Below are positions 39,110 through 53,349 of a stretch of DNA of 64,000 nucleotides, one piece after another. Source of the DNA: Octopus sinensis (Eukaryota); the NCBI RefSeq assembly GCF_006345805.1, contig NC_043007.1:44516001-44580000 (forward strand), written 5' to 3'. The notes beneath the pieces were generated by a model, which made no database searches, had not been told where the DNA came from, and saw only the letters and a list, made by a program, of their open reading frames with translations. Every line of letters begins with the position of its first letter. Position 1 is the stretch's first letter. The position numbers and the translations under genes are program-made.

Positions 39110-39590
39110 ATCTATACTTGCTGCGAGTATACTCTGCGATGACATCTCTCACGCCGGACTTCTTTCTGTTGATGTTGCTATTTATGTGCTCTCTCAACAA
39201 GATACCAAGCATTGACCTTTTCATGGCTCTTTGAGCCGTTATCAGTTTTTGCTCTTCTCTCTTTGTGGTAGCCCATGTTTCACTACCATATAACATTGCA
39301 GGCAGAACTGCACTGTTAATGAGGTTGGCGAGGGTATAGATGGGCTGGACACGTCGCCCGGCTCACCGATAATCGGTGGACGCACGCAATTGTCGAGTGG
39401 TACCCGCGTGAGCGGAAAAGACCACCCGGAAGACCTCCACGACGGTGGAGTGACGATTTCAAGAGGACGATTGGGATCATGTGGATGAGAAAGGCACGAT
39501 CCAGAGAGGAATGGACAGCGTGCTGTGACCAGCAGTGTCATATGGACGCCTGACGGACTGGTCGGTCAAAGTGATCAAAGTGAAAGTGAT
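39110..39590 (+). mobile_element. RTE-clade LINE 3' fragment (second family) with 5' inversion
   Basis: Minus 39110-39336: NSAVLPAMLYGSETW...YTRSKYR; plus 39335-39553: YRWAGHVARLTDNRW...RPPGRPPRRWSD; caaagtga repeat tail. Confidence 0.85.
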
Positions 39591-40359
39591 ATATATATAT
39601 AGTGTTGGTATCTATTGGTACCCAGTTATGCACAGCTAAGCTAAGATATTCTCTCATTTTTTTCTATCTTTTCATTCATTCATTATTAATATGCATTATT
39701 GCTAATATGTACTTTTGTAAACTAATTATTTAAATTGACTCTTCAATATATAACTTTCTAATCTCTCTCTCAGCCTTAGTTTTCTCCTTAATTCTTCATG
39801 TAATTTCCAAATGAAATCTCTCTAATACCCTTAGTTCTCCTCCTGTGTTTCCATGTTGGCTACATATATTTTTCATACTATGTCTTAAATAACCCTTGCT
39901 TGTTTGCAGTGGGTCCGCCTGTTCCTGCCCCCACCACCAATACTGGATGTCTCTCTTCTCTCATTGGAAACCCCCTCCCTCGCTGGTTGTATCTCATATC
40001 ATACCTGCAATTTCACCTCCCTACTCTCCCCCTCTCTCTCTCCCAGGAGAAACACAACTAGTTTAGCAGCCTACCTATTTAATCTAAGATTAGCATCTTG
40101 ATATTCATATTTACTTTATTTAAACTTATATCTGCAGCACCAGTAATGCTTAAATTTATATTGTTCACAACGCTTATATTTACAACACTGTTAACACTTA
40201 CTCCTACCCCCGGCAGGGGCAACAATCTTAACATGCTTGAATGTCTGAATGATGACAGGTCTAAAGTCAGAACAGGTGTAGAACAGGTCTAACAAACAAA
40301 CACGGAAACCTTCTTTTCAGGCACTGAATTTCCATCTTCCTTTCCCATGCCACCTCCCA

Positions 40360-43300
40360 CATTCCTCTCCCAGGTTTTAGAGTTGGTACTGTCAACATAG
40401 GTACATTGAAAGGTAGGTCTAGTGAGATGGTAGAGATGCTTAAATGGAGATGTGTTGATGTATGCTGCATACAAGAGGTAAGGTGGAGAGGAGCTTCAGC
40501 AAGGGTCCTCACAGGCAAGATACATTGGTATAAAATCTTCTGGGAAGGTAACAGTGATGGAGTAGGGGTGTAGGCATACTCCTTGCAGAGAAATGGGTAG
40601 ATAAGGTCATAGTATTAGTCAGGGTATGTGATAGAGTGCTTAAGCTCAGGCTAGTTTTGCTGAATAGTATAGCTACAATTATCTCTGCCTATGCCCCACA
40701 AGCGGGCCTACTAAATGATCAGAAGGCCCAATTTTATGATATCCTTCTACAGGCTACCTCAAAGACGAGTGGTAATGACCTCATCTTTGTGGCTGGAGAT
40801 TTTAATGGGCATGTCAGATGGCAATCTGGTATCTTCCATGGTGCTCATGGAGGCCATGGAATTGGTTCCCAAAATAAAGTGGGAACTAGGCTACTGGAGT
40901 TCTGTGATGCAAGCAACCAATTAATCTGCAACACCAACTTCAGGAAGCCAGACAGCCACCTGATAACATATCAATAAAGTGACTTTGCTAGCCAGATTGA
41001 TTTCATCCTCACCAGACAGTTGGATGCAGGGTTGCTCTTAAATACAAAGACCCTCCCTGGTGAAGAATGTACCTCCCAGCATAGACTAGTCATTCGTGAC
41101 TTTAGACTCAAAGCCAGAAGGATGCCAAGAAGCAGACCAATGTGGAAAAGAAGGATTTGGAGGCTTAAGAACCCTTCACATAGTCAGAGATTTAGGGACA
41201 TCCACATTGAGAAATTTGGTGTGAGGAAGGAGGAGCTACAGACTTGTGACATAGAGGGTAACTGGAAATTCCTACGTGACAGCATACTGAGCACCACAGA
41301 CAAAATCTGCAGCTAGTGCAAAGTCCCTTCCAGACCTAGGGTAAAATGGTAGTGGAATAATATGGTAGACAAGGTCTTAAGAGCAAAGAAACAGGCCTGG
41401 AAAACCTGGAAGAATTGGGGTAGAAGGGAACTGTACCAGAGAGCCAGGAAGGGAGGGTGGGAGACAGATATATATAGCCAAGAGAGAAGCAGAAAAGGAG
41501 AAGTTTGTCAATGTCCAGCGACATGAGGACCAAAAAGCTGAAGTATTTTGAATTGCAAGACAGTGCGTGAGAGAAAATTGTGATGTTACAGGAGAGAAAT
41601 GTGTCTGCATGGATGATGGTGCACTTGCTTTTAATGATTCTGCAAAGAAAGAGGCTTGGAGATGCCATTATGAAAGGCTGCTGAATGCAGAGAATGAATG
41701 GGAAGAAGAGAGCCTGCCAAATGCTGACCCAACTGAGGGACTAGCTACCCGAATTGATAGCACCCTGGTAGATAAAGTAATTAAGGATATGAAGTCAGGA
41801 AAAGCTCCTGGCCCATCAGGAATCACTGCTGAGATGCTTAAAATATCTGATGGTGTGGGTAATAGCCTAGTCACCTGTATTGTAAATCAAGTAGTTAATG
41901 AAGGAGTCATACCCAATGACTGGTATAGCAGCACCACAGTCAACTGCTACAAGTGTAAAGGTGATGATTTAGATAGAAATAATACAGAAGTATCAAACTA
42001 GCTGGATCATGTGATGAAGGTCACAGAGAGGGTCATAGCCCAACTAATTAGGGAGAGAGACTGCTTAGATGAGATGAAGTTTGGTTTTGTGCCAGGTAGA
42101 AGTACCACTGATGCTATATTTCTGGTAAGGCAACTAACTGCAGGAGAAATACCTAGCCAAAGATAAATCCCTATACTTGGCTTTTGTTGACTTGGAGAAA
42201 GCTTTGACAGAGTCCCCTGATCCCTTATATCTGGTTGGCAATGTGGAAACTAGGGATAGACAAGTGGTTAATTAGAGATGTACATGCCCTGTACCGGGAT
42301 GTTTTCAGTAGGGTAAGGGTCAGCAACGAGTATAGTGAAGAATTCCAGGTAGAAGCAGGGGTTCACCAAGGATCTGTCCTCAGCCCCCTCTTATTCATCA
42401 TAGTCCTCCAGGCAATAAAAAAGGAATTCAAGACAGGCTGTCCCTGGGAGCTCCTCTATACTGATGACCTTGCTCTCATTGCTGAATCACTACCAGAAAT
42501 AGAAAAGAAATTTCAAGTTTCGAAGCAAGATTTATAATTGAAGGGCCTTAGAGTCAATGTTGCAAAAATCAAAGTCCTAGCAAGTAGGAAGGTGAACAAA
42601 TCACAAACCCCTTCAGGTAGATGGCCCTGCTCAAACTGTAGAAAAGGTGTAGGTAGCAACACCATAAGATGTACCCAGTGTAAGCTATGGATGCATAAGA
42701 GGTGCAGCAACATCAAAGGAAGGTTAACAGGGATATAGCTTTTGTGTGCAGCTGATGCACAGGGGCAATAAACACCGAAGATTCTCAGAAAACAGATTCC
42801 ATCACATGCCAGGGGGAGAAACTAGAAGTGGTTGATAGCTTCCACTACCTAGGTAACCAAGACTGTAGTGGGGGTGGATACTCTGAGAGCATTGCCACTA
42901 GAATAAGAATAGCCTGGGCAAAGTTCACAAAGCTCCTACCTCTGCTGGTGACAATGGGCTTGTTGTTCAGAGTGAAAGGTAAACTGTATGATGCATGTGT
43001 GGAAACAGCCATGCTACACGGCAGTGAAACATAAGCCATGACTGTTGAGGATATATGTAGGCTTGAAAGAAATGAAGCTAGTATGATCCACTGGATGTGT
43101 AATGTTAGTAAGCACCCCGAGAAAAACGTTGGACATAAGAAGCATCAGATATGGTGTGCAAGAGACAACTGTGCTGATATGGTTATGTGCTGTGTATGAA
43201 TGAGGAGAGCTGTGTGAAAAAGTGTCACTTCCTAACAGTGGAAGGAACCTGTGGAAGAGGGAGACCCGGGAAGACATGGGATGATGTTGGACTGGTAACA

Positions 43301-43540
43301 TGTAAAAAGCACCATCTGAGTGTGGCCGATGCCAGTGCTGCCTGACTGGCTCCCATGCCAGTGATACGTAAAAAGCACCCACTACACTCTTGGAGTGGTT
43401 GGCATTAGGAAGGGCATCCAGCTGTAGAAACCTTGCCAGATCAGTTTGGAGACTGGTGCAGCCTCCTGGCTTGCCAGACCCCAGTCAAACCGTCCAACCC
43501 ATGCCAGCATGGAAAACGGATGTTAAATGATGATGATGAT
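40360..43540 (+). pseudogene. Older near-full-length RTE LINE (APE endonuclease, RT, tail), many disablements
   Basis: RVGTVNIGTL, CCIQEVRW, ISAYAPQ, AGDFNGHV, IDFIL, SQHRLV; RT motifs collinear with the 19.3-21.6 kb copy; (GAT)n tail. Confidence 0.92.
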
Positions 43541-44389
43541 ATTTACAATGTTTTATTACTGTATCAGTTCTCATACAACCATTCTGGTTAGTCAATTAGA
43601 TATTAGATGACATTCAGGCAACTGATATGAATTAATAAAATATACCAGAAATTTCCACTTCAACAGTTATATAGATTGCATCCATTTAAAGCAAAATGCA
43701 AGATGGCAGAAAGTCAGCATTGATTCAGACAACCTTTGAATGTAACATCAAATCCCTTTGATAACAATTACTGATCTGATCAGCAAGTGTTGAAGTGCAT
43801 TCAAAGATTAAGTCTTTGTGCATCAAATAAATAAAGTAGTGAGAGTTGAAAAGGAGCTTCTCAGGAAGTATTCTGTGACTGATGACCTGGGAAGCTGCAT
43901 AAATCTACTATGACTGATCATCAAATGAAAAGCTGAATACATATCAGCAGTCAGGCATCATCATCATAGTTGTTGTTGTCATCGTCATTGTTGTCGTCGT
44001 CATCATCATCATCATCATTGTTGCCATTGTCATCATTATCATCATCATTTTTTTTTAATACCAGCTTTTCCATGCTTTCATCAGTTAGACAGAATTTTAT
44101 GAGGCAGATTTTCAGTAGCTTGATGCCCTTCCTGTTGCCAACCTTTCTATATCATGCCAACAATATTTGACTGGCATGCAGTGACTGGATGCCTCCCACT
44201 GATGATGTTCAGTAGACTGAAATCATGTGATATAGGGGTTCTGATGCCCATGGCAAACAATTCTTATCTGTCTCTATCTATGAGTGTATTTTTATGCACC
44301 ATACACCTATACAAGAGGATCTTTCAAGGCTGATAATGTAGTATTCAATGTTCTACCAAGATATCTACATTAAGTTGTGTGTTTATATA

Positions 44390-44458
<69 letters not shown>

Positions 44459-44629
44459 TATATATATAATGTATGTATATGTATGTATGGAATCTGATGC
44501 AGCCTTCCAGCATGCCAGCCCAGTCAAACTGTCCAACCCATATCAGCATGGACAACAGACGGTAAATGACGATAATGACGATGATGATGATGATGCATGT
44601 ATGTATATTTGTCTGAACATATTTAAACA

Positions 44630-45005
44630 TGCACAAGCTTGTTTCCCAACAACATAGACCAGGTTCAGTCCCACTGCATGGCACCTTAGGCAAGTGTTTT
44701 CTTCTATACCCTTTGGTTGACCAAAGTCTTGTGAGTGGATTTGACTAATGCCAACTGAAAGAAGCCTGTTGTATATGTGTGTGTGTGTGTGCCTTTGAGT
44801 CTATGTTTGTCCCCCAATGACCACTTGACAACTGGTATTGGTGTGTTTATGTTTTCATAACTTAGCAGTTCAGCAACAGACACTGATAGAATAAGTACCA
44901 GGCTTAAAGAAAGGATAAATACTGGGGCTGATCCATTTGACTGAAAACTTTTCAAGGTAGTGCCCCAGTATGGCCACAGTCTAATGACTGAAGCAAACGA
45001 AAGAT
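44630..45005 (+). mobile_element. Family C SINE
   Basis: Collinear with 57396-57800. Confidence 0.8.
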
Positions 45006-45233
45006 AGATGATAAAAGATATGTTCATGTGTGTGTGTGTGTGTGTGCATACAAAAAGTGCCCATTACACTCTTGGAGTGGTTGGCATTAGGAAGGGTATC
45101 CAGCCGTAGAAACCATGCCAAATTAGACTAGAACCTAGTGCAGTTTTACCAATTCTCGTCCAACCATCTAACCCATGGAAAGCAGACGTTACTTGATGAT
45201 GATGGTATATATATATATATATACATACATACA

Positions 45234-45269
<36 letters not shown>

Positions 45270-45276
45270 TACACAA

Positions 45277-45605
45277 AGGTGGCAAGCTGGCAGAAAATTT
45301 AGCACGGTGGGCGAAATGTTTTGCAGTATTTTGTTTGTCTTTACATTCATCATCATCATCATCATCGTTTAGCGTCCGTTTTCCATGCTAGCATGGGTTG
45401 GACGGTTCTACTGGGGTCTGTGAAGCCAGAAGGCTTCATCAGGCCCAGTCAAATCTGGCAGTGTTCCGAGTTCAAATTCTGCCAAGGTTGACTTTGCCTT
45501 TCATCCTTTCAGGGTTGATAAATTAAGTACCATTTGCATACTGGGGTCCATCTAATCGACTGGCTGCTTCCCCCAAAATTTTGAACCTTATGTCTAGAGT
45601 AGAAT
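45277..45605 (+). mobile_element. Family A SINE interrupted by an antisense RTE tail (45348-45462)
   Basis: SINE head to tttacatt, (cat)n-led RTE tail, SINE resumes at gttccgagttcaaattc. Confidence 0.8.
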
Positions 45606-45629
45606 ACATACATACACACACACACACAT

Positions 45630-45674
<45 letters not shown>

Positions 45675-46046
45675 TTGAGAGAGATAGAGATAGATAGAGA
45701 GAGAGAGAGAGAGAGCAATGGAGGGGATCAGTTGGTAGTATTCATCAACTTTTAGACATTATATTATGTCAATTTATTTATTTATTTACTAAAAAGACAA
45801 TTATAACAATATACATACATGTATAACATATTATGCTTTACATATATAATATATAAAGATATCAGTAATTATTAAAATATATAACATATAGGAATAGAAA
45901 CTGGGATAATATCTTACAGCTATTTTAGCCAAGAGGCAAAAATACCTCATTCTACTTTTATCCTTCCTGTAGACTGAAGTAATTAGTAGATGAAATTGAG
46001 GTACTTGGGTGTTTCTCTAGGCTTCATTTATCTCTCTCTCTCTCTG

Positions 46047-46081
<35 letters not shown>

Positions 46082-46125
46082 GTATATGTATATGTATATA
46101 CACACACACACACACACACACACAA

Positions 46126-46634
<509 letters not shown>

Positions 46635-46721
46635 ATATATATATAGTCTGTGACTATTTTCTCTTTCTCACTGGACCGCTGGTGGCGAAAACAATTCTAT
46701 TGAATTTTTGCTACCTTATAT

Positions 46722-46797
<76 letters not shown>

Positions 46798-46820
46798 TAT
46801 ATATATATAAACATATAACA

Positions 46821-46856
<36 letters not shown>

Positions 46857-47655
46857 TGTATGTATGTATGTATGTATGTATGTATGTATGCATGTATGTA
46901 TGCATGTATGTATGCATGAATGTATGTATAAGACATATACCCTGTAAGCTGCAATGGAGACAACCCATTTAGAGGACAAAAAACTCTGAACAAGAAGTAT
47001 TACAGGTTAATGGGTTCTCTTTAATCTCAGCCAACAACCATTCCAGTCCCAACGGATTTCACCTCATAATTTGTACATTCACTTCTGAGGGAGCAATGTT
47101 TTGAATACAAATGAGCCTGACAATTTAAAAACATATATATGTACATATAAGTGTATTGCTGTGTGTTTATTTGTCTGTGAGTGTATGATCAATGTGTGTC
47201 TGTGTGTATACTTGTATTAGTGTTAGTGCGTGGTGTCTGTGAGTATGTTCATGTATGAAGTACTATTTATACATGTTTGCTGATTTGGTATTTATCTCTA
47301 TATAGACCAATATAAAGAAGAATCTCAACAATTCATTTGCTTGAGCAACCATCATACAGAAGACATAGTTTTTATCAAGAAGACAGGTATGTTAAAACAC
47401 ACCTACACTTAAAAACATATCATACACATACACACATTCTATCACTGGCTGTATATATTTTTAATTAGGTACAGCTGTGGCTGTGTAGTTAGGAGTTCAT
47501 TTCCAAACCAAGTGTTCTTATATTCAGCCCTACAGCGTGACACCTTGGGCATGTGTCTTCTACTCAAGTCTTGGGCTGCCCTGCGTGTGGATTTGGTAGA
47601 TGGAAACTAAAAGAAGCTCATTGTGTGTATGTTTGTATGTATGTATGTATGTATG

Positions 47656-47686
<31 letters not shown>

Positions 47687-47737
47687 GCATAAATGTGTGT
47701 TTGTGTATATGTATATCTATCTATCTATCTATCTATC

Positions 47738-47877
<140 letters not shown>

Positions 47878-48056
47878 AGATCTGACTGGCCTGGTGCAGC
47901 CTTCGGGCTCCCCAGACCCCAGTTGAACCGTCCAACCCATGCTAGCATGGAAAGCAGACGTTAAATGATGATGATGATGATGATGATGATATATATATAT
48001 ATATACCAGAGTAACAAGATGTAAAAAATAGTACTTGAATACCAGAGGTAGAGTAA

Positions 48057-48225
48057 TATACTTTATTGAAAGGCAGCAAAAACATCACAAAAACTGTCAC
48101 TCAGAGTTTCATGTCTCCCTTCATCGGACAGTTTTGTTTAGAACTCTAAACAAAACTGTCCGATGTTTGGGAACGTGAAACTCTGAGTGACACTTTTTGT
48201 GATATTTTTGCTGCTTTTCAATAAA

Positions 48226-48230
<5 letters not shown>
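48057..48230. repeat. Palindromic element with a degenerate hammerhead in each arm
   Basis: Arms of about 86 bp around a 2-nt loop at 48143-48144; ctgt-CCGATGA...GAAA-ctctgag-tg-acag on the minus strand. Confidence 0.85.
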
Positions 48231-48271
<41 letters not shown>

Positions 48272-48644
48272 GTGGGGAGATTGTGCTATGGTGATGGGAT
48301 GTGGTGTGTGTGTTCATGGGATGGCTATTGTCTGTCAAGATGAAGCAATCAACACTTACAAATACACACACACGCACACACACACACACACATGTAAATG
48401 TCGAATGATGAAATGAGTTCTTAACACCGCATTGGTGGATATATAATTTCTTCATTTGTGAATGAAAGCTGCCATTGGTTAAGAAAAGTAGGAGAATATC
48501 CAAGTGTCTTAACAATTTTTCAAGCCAATCACATGGAGAAAGGTGTTCACCTCCATTTTGGAAAAAGTCTTGTTTTGTTCACAGGATTTCTCATAATTAG
48601 TTCATAAGAACCTTCCCTGCATCCCTTATTTCTTTGCCGCATTT

Positions 48645-48697
48645 ATCACTGATAAAGGGAAGGTTCTTATGAACTAACTCTGAAATCGGGTCCGATA
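48645..48697 (+). ncRNA. Hammerhead-like motif in pLTR-like unit 48597-48835
   Basis: tatca-CTGATAA-aggg...ctct-GAAA-tcggg-TC-cgata; its stem II region is duplicated in inverted form at 48597-48618. Confidence 0.5.
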
Positions 48698-48837
48698 TGG
48701 TAATAACGTGATTTTTTAGAAATTTCTGTCGGCTTTCTTCGAGACGCGTGCTTGTAGTGATAAATTACATGGTTATTGACGTTATGTCTATTTTCGGCAT
48801 ATTTTGGCATTAGAATATTTTTCTTTTGCCTTCACTT

Positions 48838-48881
<44 letters not shown>

Positions 48882-48885
<4 letters not shown>

Positions 48886-49690
48886 GAGTGTAAGCGCCCT
48901 GAGAGAAAAGTTGGACATAAGAAGCATCAGATGTCGTGTGCAAGAGAGATGGCTGCACTGGTATGGCCATGTGTTGCATATGGATGAGGACAGCTGTGTG
49001 AAAAGGTGACACATCCTAGCAGTAGAGGGAACCTGTGGAAGAGGTAGACCCAGAAAAACCTGGGATGAGGTGGTGAAGCATGACCTTCGAATGTTGGGCC
49101 TCATGGAGACGATGACAAGTGACCAAGACCATTGGAGATATGCTGTGTTTGAGAAGACCCAGCAAGCAAAGTGAGACTGTAATCGTGGCCTATGCCAGTG
49201 CAGCATAACCAGCCCATTTAAGAGTACCCTTCAATCATTGGGCAATAAACTGTGCTTGTGAAGACCTGATGAGTCAAATGGAGTCTTTGTCATGGTCAAT
49301 GACAGTACTGCCTGATTGGCACCCAAGCTGGTGGCACATACAAAGCACTATTCAAATATGGTCGATGCCAGTGCCACCCAACTGGTCCTGTGCCAGTGGC
49401 ACATAAAAAGCACCATTCGAGCATGATTGTTGCCAGTGCTGCCTGACTGGCTTCCATGCTAGTGGCATGCTAAAAACACCATTCAAGCAGACTGGCCCTC
49501 ATGCCAGGGGCACGTAAAAAGCACCCACTACACTCTCAGAGTGGTTGGCATTAGGAAGGGGCATCCAACTGTAGAAACTTTGCCAGATCATATTGGACCC
49601 TGGTGCAGTCATCTGGTTCGCCAGTCCTCAGTCAAACCGTCCAACCCATGCCAGCATAGAAAGCAGACGTTAAACAATGATGATGATGAT
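48882..49690 (+). mobile_element. RTE 3' fragment
   Basis: WLHWYGHVLHMDED...RGRPRKTWDEVV, tandem UTR units, (GAT)n tail. Confidence 0.88.
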
Positions 49691-50129
49691 GTTGACATAC
49701 ACACATATTTGTATATATATGTACACATCTATGTGTGTATCTTTGGGTGTGTTTGTTACCTACCACCACTTGACAACTGGTGTTAGTTTGTTTATGTTTC
49801 CACAACTAAGCAGTTTGGCAAAAGAGACTGAGTGAATAAGTGCTAGGTTTTAAAAATAAGTACTGGAGGCAGTTTGTTCAAGATGGTTCCTCAGCATGCT
49901 TACTGTCCACTGCCTGAAACAAAATAAAAGATAAAAAATAAAAGATATACATACAGGTGAATTTGCATGTGTGTGTGTGTGTGTGTGTGTCTGTATGTGT
50001 GTATGTGTGCATGCGTGTATGCATGCATGTGTGTGTGTGCATGTGTGCATGTTTGTACGTATGTGTGTGTGTGCATGCATGTGTGCATGTTTGTGCGTAT
50101 GTGTGTGTGTGTGTATAATATATACACAC

Positions 50130-51340
50130 AACTGTATCCTATAACTCAACATCAACGAACTCAGACACCCCAAACTAAAGAAGGATTTACAATCAGAAGC
50201 CCTACCATACATATCCATGCACAATCCCCTAAACAATGAGGCCTTTGACACTATCCTCCAGAACATCCCTTTACTAAAAAAGGAACCAAAGAATGGATCA
50301 AATTCTCCAGACAGACATCATCATAAAGAGCAAAAGACAACCCAAGTCAATAAAAAGTCTTCTAACACAGGTCCAAGTCAACAACATCAAAACTGACAGC
50401 AAAAAAATGCAGAAGACCTAACTGTGGTATATGTGTCAAGCTGATTAAAGGATCGGAATTCTCTTTCAAACAGTGTCAACATTTTACAGTGGGAAACAAC
50501 TTCATATCTGCTTTGGAAAACCTAATATATATATATCAACTTGCTCAGGGTGTCAAAAACAATATATTAGTCAAACTAAAAACAGTTTACATCAGTGGAT
50601 GATGGTACATAGATCCCAGATGAAAATACGAGAATACAGAAAAATAGGATTAAGCGAGCACATCGATATTTGTGCCACTAATGGACAACCTAACGTTAGA
50701 ATCTTTCCCCTTTATATATTCAGGGACAATGCAACTTAAAGTCAGCACACCAGTAAAGAAGCATACTTTATCACAAAATATAAACCTCTTTTGAATTCTG
50801 CCACCACAGATGGAACTACGACAAGAATTTAGAACATTTCCAACCACTACTGCTATGACCACAACAAGTCACTTTTAGGTCATTTGACTGTCAAAGAAGA
50901 TTTACTGTGGCATAGCACTCCTGTATTTTTTCTTTTCTTTCTCTTTCTCCCTCTTCTTTCCCTACTCCTAGTTCTCTTCCTCCTTCATCTCCACCTCCTC
51001 CTCTCCTTCTTCTCCCAGTTCTCCTCCCTCGGCTACTCATGCTTAAACCATCAATTGTCTGTACCCAAACTATTCCTTCAAATTTACAAACTACCTACCT
51101 ACCTACCTACCTACCAGGCATTCACAAAAGAATAGAGAGAGAAAAACATGCTGTCTGAAAACTATGGAAATATTTACCTATTCAAAGACTATGAAAATAT
51201 CTACAAAACATTTCACTTAATTTTTTTCCTTCTATTTAATTGTTTTTCTTATTTTACTCTTAGTTGAAAAAGTCTAAAAGACAGAAACTGGTACTAAAAT
51301 GTACTGCATGACAAAATTATTTTAGCATTTTCTACCTTGC
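50130..51340 (+). pseudogene. Penelope-like remnant (GIY-YIG) with downstream U3-A8 hammerhead
   Basis: KSKRQPKSIKSLLT, CRRPNCGIC, IYISTCSGCQKQYISQT...HRSQM; ttag-TTGAAAA-agtc taaaa gaca-GAAA-ctgg-TA-ctaa at 51260-51297. Confidence 0.75.
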
Positions 51341-51348
51341 CTTATGTT

Positions 51349-51420
<72 letters not shown>

Positions 51421-51561
51421 ACACATATATATATATATACATATATATGCATAGGTAGGAATGTGTAGGTAAGAGACATGCTTCCTAATTATGTGATCTT
51501 TGAATTAATCCTTCTGTGTGACATCTTGGACCTATCCCTGGATGACCAAAGAAGCGTATTT

Positions 51562-51962
51562 TTTTGTTGTTCTTGTAGTTTAGCCCAGATCAGCTCTGAT
51601 AAACAGGCATTCTAGCTATGGCCATCCAATCTTTTTAGTGATATGTAGGACTGCAGTATCGAATGTGCCCTGTCTTTATATAAGCTAACAGTATGTGAAA
51701 TGGGGGAGATTTGGCTGCTATTTATAGTAGGTCATGTAACCACATAAAGCACATCTATAAATGTAGCAGTGGTGGTAATTGCTGTTGTTGTTTAACCTCA
51801 GATCAGTTCTGACTGAATGGATCCATGACTAAAGACATTCCAGTCATGATCATCTAATCATTTTCCCATGTGCAGAGAACTTAGGATATCATTATCCAAT
51901 GTCTCTATTTCTAAAACAGTGGTACGTGATTTAAAGAAAATTTAGCTGCTATTTGTTGCACG
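51562..51962. repeat. Two tandem copies of an unclassified interspersed repeat (also 13478-13660)
   Basis: Shared gttgttgttta...cagatcagctctga...gcattc.agc.atg...gatttggctgctattt blocks. Confidence 0.55.
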
Positions 51963-52769
51963 CTGAAGGCACACTCATGTTTACATGTGTCTGTGAATGA
52001 GTGAGCATGTGTGTGTGCATAGCATTGGTATCATTGTTAACTCTTAACTTTCTGCATGACACAGTGTCACATGAGACTACATTGGTCTATCAATTATGAA
52101 ATGCATGACATCACAAAAATCATACTAACCTTATTTACAGTCATTTTGAAGAAAGTAAGGAGAAACTCTTTAACACCAGAGAGAAAAGTCAGATTCCTAT
52201 TTTTAGTTATTTAATTGTGGAATTTGAACTCAGAATATAAGGATAGATGAAATGCTACTAAGCGACTTTCTCCACATGCTAACGATTTTGCCAGCTTGCT
52301 GCATTATGGTAAAGAATTAATATGAACCAGAAATCATAACTGTCACAAAAGTTAGAATGACAGGTAACATTAATCTGTGTCTATGTAACATAACTGAGGA
52401 CAAAATCTTTGTTTCACTGATCCAAAAGTGACCCTGAGACTTGTGTGTAAAAACTGTGTGGTTATTTACATAGTTTCTTATCACAGCAGATAACGTCCTG
52501 TGATATGTGTATGCAAACACTGACAAAAAAATGAATAAAATAACATGCTGTGTGTTGAAAGGTATAATCAATCTGGCAACATTTATCAAATATTCATCAC
52601 TGCATTATTTACATAATAGACCGTTTATTATAAGGTGTCTATTTGGAATTAAAAGACTACGTTGTAGCTACACTGAAAAGAGTATGAGAAGACCTAAGAC
52701 CATAGTAATTCAGTTTCAGATAAACTAATCATAGCTGAGTGTTTAATATAGAACCAAGTCTAAGTATCT

Positions 52770-52988
52770 TGTCTTTTATCTTTGCTTATTTCAGTCATTG
52801 GACTGTGGTCATGTTGGGGTACTGCCTTAAGAAGGGTTTAGATAAAGAAATCGACCTCATTACTTATTTGTAAGTTTAGCACTTATTCTATCAGTTTCTT
52901 TTGTCAAACTGCTCAGTTACGGGGACATAGACTAAATAATACCAGTTGTCAGTTGGTGGTGGGAGACAAACACAATAAACACACACAC

Positions 52989-53029
<41 letters not shown>

Positions 53030-53125
53030 CACACACACATTGGGCTACTTTCAGTTTGGTTGGCCTGGTACTTTAGTAGAAGACACTTGCCCAAGTTGCC
53101 ATCCAGTGAGAGTTAACCTAAACTT
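52770..53125 (-). mobile_element. Family C SINE
   Basis: Reverse complement of 57396-57800 with internal (CA)n. Confidence 0.75.
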
Positions 53126-53349
53126 CTGCCCACATGTTGAAAAATAAAATAAGTTACTGAGAATGATTACATAGAGGTGCTATCAGCATTACAAGTAATA
53201 ATAAAGTAAGTGCTAACTTATTTGGTATAGTCAGCATAAAAAAAATCCTTATCAGAAATAATTATGATGTATGGAAAATACATTTGCTCAATGACAAATA
53301 TAGCTGTCGAGACTTCTTTGTACATATCAAAGTAATAATGAAACACTAT

